A stretch of DNA of 64,000 nucleotides from Candidatus Calditenuis fumarioli (GCA_030059665.1 JANVYR010000002.1:224001-288000), one strand, 5' to 3'. Positions 9,589 to 19,960 are shown, counted from the stretch's first letter. Notes: generated from the letters alone by a model not told the origin. A program made the numbers and translations.

Positions 9589-9738
9589 TGCCATCCGATG
9601 GGGCTGGTTTCCCGGTAATAAACGAAATCGGCCTGGTCGGGCACGCCTCAACCTTCGACTCCGCGGGCCTTCAGATCCCACAGCTATCGCGCTCTCACGC
9701 TTATCTTCTCCGTGAGACCTGTGCCACGCTGAAGGGGC

Positions 9739-10149
9739 TTGAGGGTCTCCGTGGGTCAGAAGGCCTCCTACACCAGGGAGATCACCGCGGACATGATCAG
9801 GGCCTTCTCCGACCTCTCAGGCGACAGGAACCCGCTTCACCACGACGAGGAGTACGCCAAGTCGACGGTCTTCGGCAGAGTGGTGGCTCAGGGCATGCTG
9901 ACCGCCAGCCTCATCTCCACCGTTCTGGGAACGGTGCTTCCGGGCCCGGGGTCAGTCTACCTGGAACAGTACCTCAAGTTCACCAGGCCCGTTTACCCGG
10001 GAGACGTGGTCACCGCGGAGGTCGAGGTCACCGAGGTGTCCGAGAGGGGGAACAGGGCCTTCGTCACCCTCAGGACCACCTGCACCAACCAGAGGGGAGA
10101 GGTCGTGATCGACGGCTGGGCTAAGGTCCTCGTGCCGATAGGCGATTAG
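9739..10149 (+). CDS. MaoC-family dehydratase (hot-dog fold)
   Basis: FSDLSGDRNPLHHD...FGRVVAQGML, QYLKFTRPVYPGD. Confidence 0.93.
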   Translation: MRVSVGQKASYTREITADMIRAFSDLSGDRNPLHHDEEYAKSTVFGRVVAQGMLTASLISTVLGTVLPGPGSVYLEQYLKFTRPVYPGDVVTAEVEVTEVSERGNRAFVTLRTTCTNQRGEVVIDGWAKVLVPIGD

Positions 10150-10190
10150 AACGGAAAGGCTTTCTCCCTCCGCGCGAACTCAGCTGGGAC

Positions 10191-10358
10191 ATGGCTTCGA
10201 AGGGGTGCGCCCATGAGGACCTCGAGTTCCTGGGTTCCCAGCGGACCGAGGACGGCGAGAACAAGTACTTCAGGTGTAGGAGGTGCGGCGGCGTTCTGGT
10301 GGTCACGCCCCAGATGAAGGCGTACTACGTCCCCGGAAGGGAGGGCTCTACCGGGTGA
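10191..10358 (+). CDS. Small Zn-ribbon protein (55 aa, below ORF-track cutoff)
   Basis: MASKGCAHEDLEFLGSQRTEDGENKYFRCRRCGGVLVVTP...: CxH plus CxxC ligand pairs; host-like codon usage. Confidence 0.7.
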   Translation: MASKGCAHEDLEFLGSQRTEDGENKYFRCRRCGGVLVVTPQMKAYYVPGREGSTG

Positions 10359-11349
10359 CCGCGACCGCGCCGCTGTTTTCTGGCTCCGTCCAGATCACCT
10401 CCAGCACCCTGTGGCCTTTCGACTCGAGCGTTGACACCACGTCCGCGAGGGCTCCGTCTATGGGCCTCCTCCCCTCCTCCTGCGCGTTCCTCCGCAGGTC
10501 GTACCAGAGCAGCCTTGATGGTCCTGCGCCGCTGATGGTCATGGCCACGCCGTACCTCCGGAGCAGCCGCGTCTTCTCCCCGAGGAGCTCCTTCCAGTTG
10601 TACCTCCCGTAGAGGCCAGCCTCGGCCCTCGACCTCTCCACCACCGGATCGAAAGGCACAAGGCTGAAGAGCGTTCTCAGGTCGCCGCGCTCGAGCGAGA
10701 GGCAGATCGCCGCCAGCCTCGATGCGACCGTTATGTGGTCTTCCATCCCGACGCTCTCGGGGATCACCCTCCTGCTCGCACCGGTCGACTCCTTCCGGAC
10801 GTCCGGAATCACCACCACGAAGGCCAGGTTCCTGGGAGCGACGATCCGCATCACGTCGATGCCGTTATGGAGCCTGTAGGCTATGGTGAAGCCTCCCAAG
10901 GTCGCTGCGGCCACGTTGTCGGCGTGTCCACCGGGCTCCACCAACGATGCGAGCCGCACGATCTTCCTTCGGTCGATCCTCAACCCCAACGCCAAGTGGG
11001 CCGCCAGCAGGGCTCCCACCGCCTCCGCAGCTGAGGACCCGAGGCCCTTCCTCACGGGTATCCCCGCCTCTATCCTCACCCTCCATCCCATCCTGATGCC
11101 GAGGCTCGAGTTGAGGATCTTCAATGCCCTGCAAGCCGAGTTCAGACCTACGCTCCTCTCGACGTCTGCCGCGTACTTGCCGGAGACGGTGAGCTCGATC
11201 TCCTCACCTTCACCCTTCGACTCCACCTCGACCTCGAGGTACGGCGTTTTGAGGGCGACCGACATGACGTCGAAACCAGGCCCGAGGTTCGCCGAGGTCG
11301 CTGGCACCCTCACCCGCACAGCTCCTCGCGTCATCCGCCACATCATCAT
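10348..11349 (-). CDS. thrB: Homoserine kinase (GHMP family)
   Basis: VPATSANLGPGFD, IPVRKGLGSSAA, GHADNV, ISGAGP. Confidence 0.9.
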   Translation of the reverse strand: MMMWRMTRGAVRVRVPATSANLGPGFDVMSVALKTPYLEVEVESKGEGEEIELTVSGKYAADVERSVGLNSACRALKILNSSLGIRMGWRVRIEAGIPVRKGLGSSAAEAVGALLAAHLALGLRIDRRKIVRLASLVEPGGHADNVAAATLGGFTIAYRLHNGIDVMRIVAPRNLAFVVVIPDVRKESTGASRRVIPESVGMEDHITVASRLAAICLSLERGDLRTLFSLVPFDPVVERSRAEAGLYGRYNWKELLGEKTRLLRRYGVAMTISGAGPSRLLWYDLRRNAQEEGRRPIDGALADVVSTLESKGHRVLEVIWTEPENSGAVAVTR

Positions 11350-11453
11350 GTGCAGCTGCGGTATTTCTATGGACCGCCCGGTGCGTCGATCAGAAGGCCC
11401 TTCCCTCTGCAGTTACGTTGATCCGTTGGGCATCAGGCCCTCTGTGATGGGAG

Positions 11454-11906
11454 ATGTCCGGAAGCCATCAAGGGTCGAGGGGCTTCGAGTTCCTGGAGCA
11501 CACGAGCGACGTCTACGTCAGGGCCTACGGCAGGGACCTCGCGGAGGCCTTCGAGGAGGCGGGGAAGGCCCTCTTCTCGGTCCTCGTCAGGAACGCAGGC
11601 GCCGCGGAGAGGAGGAGGGAGGTCGAGGTGACCGCGAGGGGATACGACCGCATGTCGCTGCTCTACGACTGGCTCGAGCGGTTGCTGCTGGTCTTCCAGC
11701 TTGAGAAGCTCGTGGCCTCCGACGTGAGGGTCAAGGAGATCTCGGAGGAGTCCGGCGAGCTCGTGATCAGGGGCAGGGCCATCGGCGAGGACTACGATCC
11801 GGAGAAGCACGTCCCCGGGATCGACGTGAAGGCCCCGACTTATTGGCTGATGGAGGTGAACGAGACCAGCGACGGCGTGGAGCTGAAGTTCGTGCTGGAC
11901 ATCTGA
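11454..11906 (+). CDS. Archease
   Basis: FEFLEHTSDV...AFEEAGKAL, DVKAPTY, FVLDI C-terminus. Confidence 0.95.
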   Translation: MSGSHQGSRGFEFLEHTSDVYVRAYGRDLAEAFEEAGKALFSVLVRNAGAAERRREVEVTARGYDRMSLLYDWLERLLLVFQLEKLVASDVRVKEISEESGELVIRGRAIGEDYDPEKHVPGIDVKAPTYWLMEVNETSDGVELKFVLDI

Positions 11907-11916
11907 GGGTCGAGCG

Positions 11917-12807
11917 GTGACGGGTCAGGAGGGTTCGCCGGAGTTCTTCGCGCCTCCCCTCCCCAGCCCGAGGGTTCACGTCTTCATACCGAGCGCCTTC
12001 GGCACCGAGACCAGCTCGCTCCTCGAGCGGACGATGAGGGTGGGCGTTCTGGCGAGGGCCCTTGCGGTGTTCAGGGTGGAGAAGGTCGTGATCTTCCACG
12101 AGGACCCCAAGAGACCCGATCCCAACGCGAGGTTCCTGAAGACCGTCATCGATTACATGAACACCGCGCCCTACCTCCGGAAGGAGCTCTTCCCCATCAG
12201 GCCGGAGCTGAGGTACGTTGGCGTGCTGCCGCCGCTGAACATACCCACGCATCCCGAGAGCAGAACGATCCCCGTGGGAGGCATGGAGCTGAGGGAGGGG
12301 CTGGTGATGCGTAGGGGGGAGGGCTACTACGTCGAGGCCGGGCTCGAGAGGCCCCTCAGGCTCAGGTCTCCGAGGAGGCCCATGAGCCGGGTCCACCTGC
12401 TGGTGAGGAGGAAGAAGGGAGGCCTGAGCTTCCGCCTCGTCTCGCGCACGAAATCTCCCTACTTCCTCGGGACCACTGCCGAGGTCAGGGACGGCCCTCT
12501 GGACAGGCTGATGGAGGGTTATGCCCTGAGGATCGGTGCCAGCAGGGTCGGGGAGCTGGTGACCGACGGCTGGAGCAGGCTGGGGGAGGCGCTGAGGGGC
12601 GCCAACGGGAACGTCTGCGTCGTCTTCGGCTCCTACAGGAGGGGTCTGAGGGAGATAGCGGAGGTCCAGGGCCTCAGGCTCGACCGCCTCTTCGACTTCG
12701 TGGTGAACTTCATCCCCGACCAGGGCGTCAGGACCGTCAGGACCGAGGAGGCCGTTTACGCGGTACTCTCGATCGTCAACCTGCTCATCTCGATGAGGAA
12801 CCGGTGA
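11917..12807 (+). CDS. SPOUT-family RNA methyltransferase (COG2106/DUF171)
   Basis: ARALAVFRVE, YMNTAPYLRK, LPPLNIPTH, NFIPDQGVRTVRTEEAV. Confidence 0.9.
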   Translation: MTGQEGSPEFFAPPLPSPRVHVFIPSAFGTETSSLLERTMRVGVLARALAVFRVEKVVIFHEDPKRPDPNARFLKTVIDYMNTAPYLRKELFPIRPELRYVGVLPPLNIPTHPESRTIPVGGMELREGLVMRRGEGYYVEAGLERPLRLRSPRRPMSRVHLLVRRKKGGLSFRLVSRTKSPYFLGTTAEVRDGPLDRLMEGYALRIGASRVGELVTDGWSRLGEALRGANGNVCVVFGSYRRGLREIAEVQGLRLDRLFDFVVNFIPDQGVRTVRTEEAVYAVLSIVNLLISMRNR

Positions 12808-13657
12808 GGAACGTCGAGGCCCTCTCCGCGAACTCCTCAGGTCTGAGGACTCCGAACGACGAGACCGTGAGGACGTTCTCCAGCGGCTCTGTCAGGTCGA
12901 AGAGCTCGAAGGCCACACCTTCCAGCTCGATCGTCTCGTTCCTCCACAGTCCTTTGAGGTCGAGCTTGAGTGGGTCGGTGAGGAAGAGGCATGGGAGGCC
13001 CAGCTCCGATGCCCGCTCGACGAGGGAGGAGGTGCCGCTCCTGTTGACGATCCTTCCGTCCCTGAGGACCGCGTCCGATCCCAGCAGAACCGCATCGCAT
13101 CCCCTCAGCCTCCTCAGGAACTCGAGGTCCTGGCTGACGCTGCACCTCACGCCCGCTCTCCTCAGCTCGGCTGATGCCCTGATTCCCTCGTTGAGGGGCG
13201 AGCAGAAGGGGAGCTCGACGGATGCCGGCTCCAGTGCCTTGATTGCCCGGAGCGCGTGGGAGCTGTAGCTGTAGGTCGCAACCCTGACGCCCTTCCCGAG
13301 GTGCCCCACCAGGCGGGTCACCGATTCGTCGATCCTCTCGCCGATGCCTGCTATCACGCTCTCCGCCGCCCTCTCAGCGTCCATCCCCTCAGCCAAGAGC
13401 CTACGCATCTCCCTCAGCGCGTTCGCTATGACGGGCATCGAGCTCCTCCGGTGCGCCACCTCCATGACCTTCGCCAGAGCTGCTTCCAGCTCCTCGCCGC
13501 TCATGCCCCTCACGAGCTCCGCCGTTTTCCTCAGCACCGCAAAGGCGATCTGCGTGGATCCCATCTCTCGGTCCATCACGATCCTGTTCAGCTCCTCCAG
13601 CGCATCCACCATATCCACCAACGCTCCACCATCACCTCCACCTGCACGCGAATCCAT
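12785..13657 (-). CDS. eIF-2B alpha/beta/delta-family protein
   Basis: TYSYSS, CSPLNEG, VLLGSDAVLRDGRIVNRSGT, FELFD; start codon uncertain. Confidence 0.8.
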   Translation of the reverse strand: MDSRAGGGDGGALVDMVDALEELNRIVMDREMGSTQIAFAVLRKTAELVRGMSGEELEAALAKVMEVAHRRSSMPVIANALREMRRLLAEGMDAERAAESVIAGIGERIDESVTRLVGHLGKGVRVATYSYSSHALRAIKALEPASVELPFCSPLNEGIRASAELRRAGVRCSVSQDLEFLRRLRGCDAVLLGSDAVLRDGRIVNRSGTSSLVERASELGLPCLFLTDPLKLDLKGLWRNETIELEGVAFELFDLTEPLENVLTVSSFGVLRPEEFAERASTFLTGSSSR

Positions 13658-13702
13658 AACTCGATAAGTATATTAGAGTGGTTTTTAGCAGATTACCGGA
13701 AA

Positions 13703-14137
13703 ATGGGGGCTGGGAGCCGGGGGACTCCTGTAAGGAACCTGGACGGGCTCGGGCGTCACGTGATCGGTGAACTGTACGGATGCGACCCAGCCTCCCTCAA
13801 GGACCTCGACGGGATCATCGACGCGGTAAGGAGGGCTGCGAAGGAGGCAGGAGCGACGATCGTTGGCGACTTCGCGAACAAGTACGACAAGGGCGAGGGC
13901 GTCTCGTACATACTGGTGGTGAAGGAGAGCCACCTCTCGGTGCACACGTGGCCCGAGCTCGGGTACGCCTCGGTGGACATCTACACCTGCGGCGACCACG
14001 TCGATCCCTGGAGGGCCTTCGACGTCATAGCAGAGGCGCTGAAGCCGAGGACCGTCAGCGTGATGGAGATCAAGAGGGGCCTGATGGTGAAGGAGGCCGA
14101 GCAACGGGCGAGCATCGCGCTCGAGGAGCTGAGATGA
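13703..14137 (+). CDS. speH: Pyruvoyl-dependent S-adenosylmethionine decarboxylase proenzyme (SpeD/SpeH family; arginine decarboxylase paralogy not excluded)
   Basis: GRHVIGELYGC, KESHLSVHTWPELGYASVDIYTCG; coupled to spermidine synthase. Confidence 0.9.
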   Translation: MGAGSRGTPVRNLDGLGRHVIGELYGCDPASLKDLDGIIDAVRRAAKEAGATIVGDFANKYDKGEGVSYILVVKESHLSVHTWPELGYASVDIYTCGDHVDPWRAFDVIAEALKPRTVSVMEIKRGLMVKEAEQRASIALEELR

Positions 14138-15042
14138 CCGAGTACCTCTGGATCTCGGAGAACGTCGCCGAGGGGCTCAGGGAGTACTACGCGGTCAGGG
14201 AGGTGCTGGTCAGGACCAGGACGAGGTACCAGGACGTCTCCGTGGTCGACACCGTTCCCTTCGGCAGGTGCCTGGTCATCGACGGCAAGCTCCAGTCGTC
14301 GCTGCTGGACGAGCACGTGTACCACGAGGTTCTGGTCCACCCCGCGATGGTGACCCACGGATCGCCGAGGAGGGTTCTGGTGATAGGCGGAGGAGAGGGG
14401 GCCACGGCGAGGGAGGTCCTCAGGTGGAGGACGGTGGAGGAGCTGACGATGGTAGAGATCGACGAGGAGGTCGTGAGCTTCTGCAGGAAGCACATGCCCG
14501 AGCTGAGCGCGGGAGCCTTCGATGACCGGCGGATGAGGCTCGTGTTCGCGGAGGGGAGGAGCTACCTCGAGAAGGCCCCGGACGGCTCCTTCGACGTCAT
14601 CGTCGTGGACGCCACCGATCCGACGGAGGGCGCTGCATCGCTTCCCCTCTACTCGCAGGAGTTCTACCGGATGGCCTCGGAGAAGCTGAGGGATGGCGGA
14701 GTTCTCGTGACGCAGGCGACGTCGATAGTCCACAACCCGTTCGCCTTCAGATCGATCATGGAGACCGTCAGGACAGCGTTCAGCCACGTCACGCCGCTCG
14801 CGGTCTTCGTGGTCTCGTTCTCCTCCGTCTGGGGGTTCGTCGTCGCGTCCGACTCTAGGTCTCCGGAGGAGGTGAGCGGGGAAGAGGTGGACAGGGTACT
14901 GAGGGAACGCGTCTCCGGCGGCCTCAGGTTCTACTCCGGCAGAGTTCATCACGCGTTGATCGAGCTGGCGAGGAGGTACCTCGAGCTCTCGCGGCCGGAT
15001 TACCGCATCATTAGAGACGGCGAGCCGGTTCTGATCCCCTAA
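14134..15042 (+). CDS. speE: Polyamine aminopropyltransferase (spermidine synthase)
   Basis: [45 protein letters not shown]. Confidence 0.95.
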   Translation: MTEYLWISENVAEGLREYYAVREVLVRTRTRYQDVSVVDTVPFGRCLVIDGKLQSSLLDEHVYHEVLVHPAMVTHGSPRRVLVIGGGEGATAREVLRWRTVEELTMVEIDEEVVSFCRKHMPELSAGAFDDRRMRLVFAEGRSYLEKAPDGSFDVIVVDATDPTEGAASLPLYSQEFYRMASEKLRDGGVLVTQATSIVHNPFAFRSIMETVRTAFSHVTPLAVFVVSFSSVWGFVVASDSRSPEEVSGEEVDRVLRERVSGGLRFYSGRVHHALIELARRYLELSRPDYRIIRDGEPVLIP

Positions 15043-15482
15043 AGTTCACCCTGACCCCTGGAGCCCGACCCGAATCTTCCGAGGAAGTGCCTTTCGAGGA
15101 ACTCCTTCGTCGAGTCGGTCATCTCGATGCCCTCCAGCTCCTCCGGCGAGAACCAGCGCGCGTCGATGGCGTCGTCCGATGCCCTCAGCTCGCCGCCGAC
15201 CACCTCGGCCTCGAAGTCGACGATGACGAAGTGCTCGAGCAGCTCTCCCTCCGGGCCCCTCCAGAAGACGTCCACCACGTCCACCACCCTCCTCAGCCTC
15301 ACCTCGAGGCCGGTCTCCTCCCGCATCTCCCTGACGGCCGCGTCCTCGCTCCGCTCCCCGAACCTTACCCTGCCTCCCGGGAGCGACCACTTACCCCTCC
15401 CGGGCTCGTTCCCGCGCCGGACGAGCAGCACCCTCCCGTCCTTGACGACGAACAGGCCCACCGCTGGGATCGGCCACCTCAC
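15039..15482 (-). CDS. Nudix hydrolase
   Basis: Nudix box [24 protein letters not shown]. Confidence 0.95.
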   Translation of the reverse strand: MRWPIPAVGLFVVKDGRVLLVRRGNEPGRGKWSLPGGRVRFGERSEDAAVREMREETGLEVRLRRVVDVVDVFWRGPEGELLEHFVIVDFEAEVVGGELRASDDAIDARWFSPEELEGIEMTDSTKEFLERHFLGRFGSGSRGQGEL

Positions 15483-15755
15483 ACCCCACCACCCCCTCCG
15501 TTGTCGGAAACGCTTTTACGGGTAATCTGAGCTCGAAAGCCCGTGAGGTCCCTTGCCTTAACGCTCATGCCCGTCCTACTCGTGCCTCACCTCCTCGTCA
15601 TATACTCGGTACTGGGGACTGAGGAGCCGGGCTGGAGCCACCAGGTCAGGGAGATGCCGGTGCCACCGAGACCGGAGGGAGACCGCGTTCCGACTCCGGT
15701 GCCCGCTGACGGACGCAGCGGTATGGTGGTCCGCCTTCGCTCTCTGTGAGGACGC

Positions 15756-16511
15756 TCAGCCGCTGACGAGCTCCCAGCAGGCCTCGAAGTCTGCGGGGTA
15801 GAGCCCGTACATTCCCGTGGGCTTGGCGCCTCCGGGGGCGTGAACGACAGCGGTGACGTGCTCCGAGTGTATGCTGGGCCTCTTCCCCCTGAAGTAGTCC
15901 TCGTCGACGATCTCCTCCGCGGTGATTATCGTGACCTTCGCGGCCCTCGCCTTGAACTCGTCCTCGTACACGGGGCCGAGGATCTCGGCGTTGCCCGAAG
16001 GATCGGCCCGATGGCAGTGGATCACTGCAACGTCAGGGACGATGGCCCTCACGAGCACCACGTCCTCTCCTGTGAATGGATCGCTGACCACCTTCCACGT
16101 CCCAGCCCTCTCGTGAAGGGCCACCAGGTCTGACCCGAGCACCCCCCTCACGGGCATGAAGGGTATCCCGAAGGCTCCGGCCCTGATGCCGGCCATGAAG
16201 GCCCCGCAGGTGTCCTCGAGGAACTCGATTTCTCCCCTCTCGACCGACCTCCTGAAGTTGACGGGTATCCCGAACCACTCGAGCGAGACCATGGCCGCCC
16301 TCACGCGCCTCACCATCCCCCTCTTCACCATGTACTCCAGGCCCACCCCCGGTTCCCGGTCGACGAAGCCGAGGCCCCTCACTCCGGCCTTCTCGAGCGC
16401 GAAGACGAAAGCCATCGGGTTCCGGTAGAAGGAGATGCCGCTGATGGTGATCGTCTGCCCCTCCTTGACGAGGGAGACGGCCTCCTCTATGCTGACCAGC
16501 TTGTCCGGCAT
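15756..16511 (-). CDS. CoA-transferase family I, subunit A (glutaconate CoA-transferase alpha-like)
   Basis: SIEEAVSLV, RAGAFGIPFMP, PDVAVIHCHRADPSGNA. Confidence 0.85.
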   Translation of the reverse strand: MPDKLVSIEEAVSLVKEGQTITISGISFYRNPMAFVFALEKAGVRGLGFVDREPGVGLEYMVKRGMVRRVRAAMVSLEWFGIPVNFRRSVERGEIEFLEDTCGAFMAGIRAGAFGIPFMPVRGVLGSDLVALHERAGTWKVVSDPFTGEDVVLVRAIVPDVAVIHCHRADPSGNAEILGPVYEDEFKARAAKVTIITAEEIVDEDYFRGKRPSIHSEHVTAVVHAPGGAKPTGMYGLYPADFEACWELVSG

Positions 16512-16781
16512 CGTCAGATATTGCGCCTTCAGGCCATAAAAAAGTTCTCGGCTCTGGAGGACGGCGTCGGAGGCGCTTGAGGGCTACAGGCAGTTCAACT
16601 CCTTCGTTCCAACAACCAGGATCAGGGACTTCGACTGGGGTCTCTTCGCAAGCCACTACGTCGAGATGATGGCGCCGACGCAAACCCGCTCCACGTCTGC
16701 CAGCACGCGTGACCAATGAGGGTAAAAGAAGATGTGGATGGAGGGCAAAACCCTGTTCTCCCTTTAAGAACGACGTCGAGC

Positions 16782-17893
16782 CTTTCAACTCTCTTCGCGA
16801 GATTCCATCCATCTATCCATAGCTCCGCAACCTCTGGGTCATCCTTTCAACTCTCTTCGCGAGATTCGTTCCGGAGGCACCAAAACGTGCCGATCCCTGT
16901 GCTGACTTTCAACTCTCTTCGCGAGATTCCAAGGATACCAGCAGGAGTGCGGCGAGGAGCGCCGTGAGGAACCCTTTCAACTCTCTTCGCGAGATTCCGT
17001 GGAGCACCTTCGTGGAGTGGCTGTCTAAAGTGGGTACTTTCAACTCTCTTCGCGAGATTCAGTCATAGATCCGGACGAGCGTCTTATTGCGGGATGGGCT
17101 AATGTTGCTTTCAACTCTCTTCGCGAGATTCGGTGATCACAGCCATGAGCGCGGTCTGTCCCGAGTGCTTTCAACTCTCTTCGCGAGATTCTGTATCCGT
17201 ACTTGACGATATCCTCGGCACATTTGATCCTTTCAACTCTCTTCGCGAGATTCAAAAGCCACCACAGTCCCGGCCCAACACAAGAAACCTAACTTTCAAC
17301 TCTCTTCGCGAGATTCCGCGGAGGTTGAGGATGGTATGAGTGCGGTAATAGAGATCTCTTTCAACTCTCTTCGCGAGATTCGCCCGAAGGAGTCCTAAAG
17401 ATCCGCGTCCACGCGCCCACGCCTTTCAACTCTCTTCGCGAGATTCTTTGTGGCGAAAATTGGTCGGGGTGATAACGAATGATTAGCGCTTTCAACTCTC
17501 TTCGCGAGATTCAACTTTCCTGCAAGGGCCACTGCGACTGGGATAATAATGCTTTCAACTCTCTTCGCGAGATTCTGAGCGGATGAGTAGCAGTCTGCCA
17601 CCTGATATGCGGAAGCTTTCAACTCTCTTCGCGAGATTCATTGAGCGAGATGGCTGACGGATCTACGGCGATCAGCGGTACTTTCAACTCTCTTCGCGAG
17701 ATTCGAGCAAGGGTCCACAGTTGGCGAAGGATGTGATAAACTTTCAACTCTCTTCGCGAGATTCCGTCGAGGTTCTGGATAGCCACGGTGACATAATACC
17801 TATCGCTTTCAACTCTCTTCGCGAGATTCCCGGATACGGCTGGGCGGGGAGCCTCGGCGTTTATTGGAACTTTCAACTCTCTTCGCGAGATTC
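16782..17893 (-). CRISPR. CRISPR array 1: 18 repeats / 17 spacers, repeat GAATCTCGCGAAGAGAGTTGAAAG
   Basis: Identical 24-nt repeats (CTTTCAACTCTCTTCGCGAGATTC on +) with ~36-47 nt unique spacers; TTGAAAG 3' end and right-hand leader give minus orientation. Confidence 0.98.
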
Positions 17894-18090
17894 CGACCCC
17901 AATTTCCGGGAATCTCGCCTTAATTTTAGGATATTTTCAGCTCACCTCCGCCTGCCCCCGTTTTTGCAAGTGGGTATATAAAGAGCAGACGGACCAGCTT
18001 CATCGCAGTTAAGTATTCCTGTAAAAGCTAATTATGCAGAACAAACGATTTCCGCGCGCTGAGAGCCGTCTTGAGAAGGCACGCAGGGTT
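17894..18090 (-). promoter_or_regulatory. CRISPR leader 1 with TATA box
   Basis: Near-identical to the leaders at 41896 and 53865; TTTATATA on minus strand at 17975-17982. Confidence 0.9.
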
Positions 18091-18207
18091 CCCATAAGTT
18101 CATGTAAAGGCTCCCTTCAACCGGAGAACTGCACTGAAAATCGCCTCTTCAATGCCTAGAGAGCGGAAATAGCCGATGAATTAAGCCACAAGGCAGAGAA
18201 CGCGGGT

Positions 18208-19389
18208 TCAGACGATGACGCCCTTCGCCCGCAGCTCCCTGATCTCCTCAAGGGTGTAGCCGAGGCCGAGCAGGACCTCCTCCGTGTGCTGCCCCAGGAG
18301 CGGTGGCGGTGACCTTACGGGAGGCCTCTCGCCGCTGAAGAGCGCCGGGAACGCGAGAAGTGGTATCCGGCCGGCCCTCGGGTGCTGAACCGTCTGGAGC
18401 ATCCCGCGCTCGATGACGTACGGATCGCTCAGGGCCTGCCTCACGGTCTTGACCGGAGCCACCGGGACGTCGGCCGCCTCCAGCACCGCCACCCACTCCT
18501 CGACGGTTCTCCTCAGGAAGATCGGCTCCAGCAGCGCGAGCAGCTCGGATCTGTTCCTGACCCTGTCGGCGTTGGTCCTGAAGCGCTGGTCCTCCGCGAT
18601 CTCGGGGTGCCCGATCGCCTCGCAGAGCTTCCTGAACTGGTTGTCGTTCGCGACGGCCACGATGACGTAGCCGTTGGAGGCCCTGAAGGCCTGGTACGGC
18701 ACGATCGACGGGTGCGCCGACCCCATCCGCTTCGGCTCCTCGCCGCCGATGAGGTACGCCGAGGCCTGATGCGTGAGCAGGTACAGCTGGACGTCCAGCA
18801 TCGAGACATCGATGTACCTGCCCTTCCCGGTTCTGGAACGTTCCATCAGGGCCGAGAGTATCGAGATGGCTGCGAACATGCCGGCCGTTATGTCGGCTAT
18901 GGGAACCGCGAACTTCACAGGCCCTCCCTCCGGCTCTCCCGTCAGGTCCATCATGCCGCTCATGGCCAGGGCTATCAGGTCGTAACCGGGCTTCTGGGAG
19001 TAGGAACCGGTCTGACCGAAGCCGCTGATGCTGCAGTAGATCAGGGATGGGTTGACCTTGGATAGCGACGCGTAATCCACGCCGAGCCTGCTGGCGACGC
19101 CAGGCCTGAAGTTCTCCACGACGACGTCCGAGACCGCCGCGAGTCTTTTGACGATCTCCACCCCTTCCGGCTTCTTCAGGTCCACCGCGACGCTCTTCTT
19201 GTTACGGTTGACGCTGAGGAAGTACGTGCTCTCGCCGTTGACTGTGACCGCGAACTTCCGCGAGTCGTCGCCCTCCGGAGGCTCGATCTTGATCACCTCG
19301 GCACCGAGGTCACCCAGCAGCATCGTGCAGAAGGGCCCCGCCATGACCCTCGACAGGTCGAGTACCCTCACTCCCTCGAGCGGCAGCAC
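18208..19389 (-). CDS. CoA-transferase family III (CaiB/BaiF)
   Basis: LEGVRVLDLSRVMAGPF..LGDLGAEVIKIEPP, NRNKKS, DVVVENFRPG, GYDLI. Confidence 0.96.
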   Translation of the reverse strand: MLPLEGVRVLDLSRVMAGPFCTMLLGDLGAEVIKIEPPEGDDSRKFAVTVNGESTYFLSVNRNKKSVAVDLKKPEGVEIVKRLAAVSDVVVENFRPGVASRLGVDYASLSKVNPSLIYCSISGFGQTGSYSQKPGYDLIALAMSGMMDLTGEPEGGPVKFAVPIADITAGMFAAISILSALMERSRTGKGRYIDVSMLDVQLYLLTHQASAYLIGGEEPKRMGSAHPSIVPYQAFRASNGYVIVAVANDNQFRKLCEAIGHPEIAEDQRFRTNADRVRNRSELLALLEPIFLRRTVEEWVAVLEAADVPVAPVKTVRQALSDPYVIERGMLQTVQHPRAGRIPLLAFPALFSGERPPVRSPPPLLGQHTEEVLLGLGYTLEEIRELRAKGVIV

Positions 19390-19451
19390 GCTGGACGCCG
19401 TTCATTCCCTCTGAAAACGTTGACGCGGCAGGTCTCCGGGTCGGCCCTCTC

Positions 19452-19934
19452 TCAGAACTTGTAGCCTATCTTCCTCAGGAAAGCCTTCCTCTCGGCGACG
19501 TCCTCCTCTCCCTCTATCCCCAGCGGCTTCATCCCGTCGACCACGCCGAGGACCGATCTGCCCTGCTCCGTCTCTGCGACAATGACCTCGACCGGGTTGC
19601 CCGTGGCGCAGTAGAACCCGACTATCTCCGGAACCTCCCTCAGCCTCGGCAGGACGTTGATAGGATACGCGTTGCGCAGCAGTATCACCAGCAGGTGACC
19701 GCAGCCGATCTTGAGCGCCGTCTCCGCCGCCAGCCGCTCCAGCTCCTCGTCCGTGCCCGAGTGCCTCACCAGCCTCTTCCCTGATGCCTCGCAGAACCCT
19801 ATTCCGAACCTGATCCCCGGAACTGTGGTCACGAGGGCCTCGTGGACGTCCTCGACGGTCTTGATGAAGTGGCTCTGTGCGAGAATTACCTGTACTCCCT
19901 CGGGAACCTCGACCTTTACGGTCTCGAGCTTCAC
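19452..19934 (-). CDS. Adenosine-specific kinase family protein (DUF355/COG1839)
   Basis: ILAQSHFIKTVED, FCEASGKRL, ATGNPVEVIV, GVVDG...RKAFLRKIGYK; GTG start inferred. Confidence 0.9.
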   Translation of the reverse strand: MKLETVKVEVPEGVQVILAQSHFIKTVEDVHEALVTTVPGIRFGIGFCEASGKRLVRHSGTDEELERLAAETALKIGCGHLLVILLRNAYPINVLPRLREVPEIVGFYCATGNPVEVIVAETEQGRSVLGVVDGMKPLGIEGEEDVAERKAFLRKIGYKF

Positions 19935-19960
19935 GGCTTCTCTCCTATCTGGGACGCTTA

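Noticed and set aside
15543-15749. 68-aa ORF between the Nudix and CoA-transferase genes
   Set aside because: No motif and no convincing codon bias in any frame
17765-17805. Possible self-targeting of the tail module (spacer VEVLDSHGDII versus tail VEVRDPQGRVL)
   Set aside because: Only ~9 nt identical; no spacer matched in-window DNA by eye
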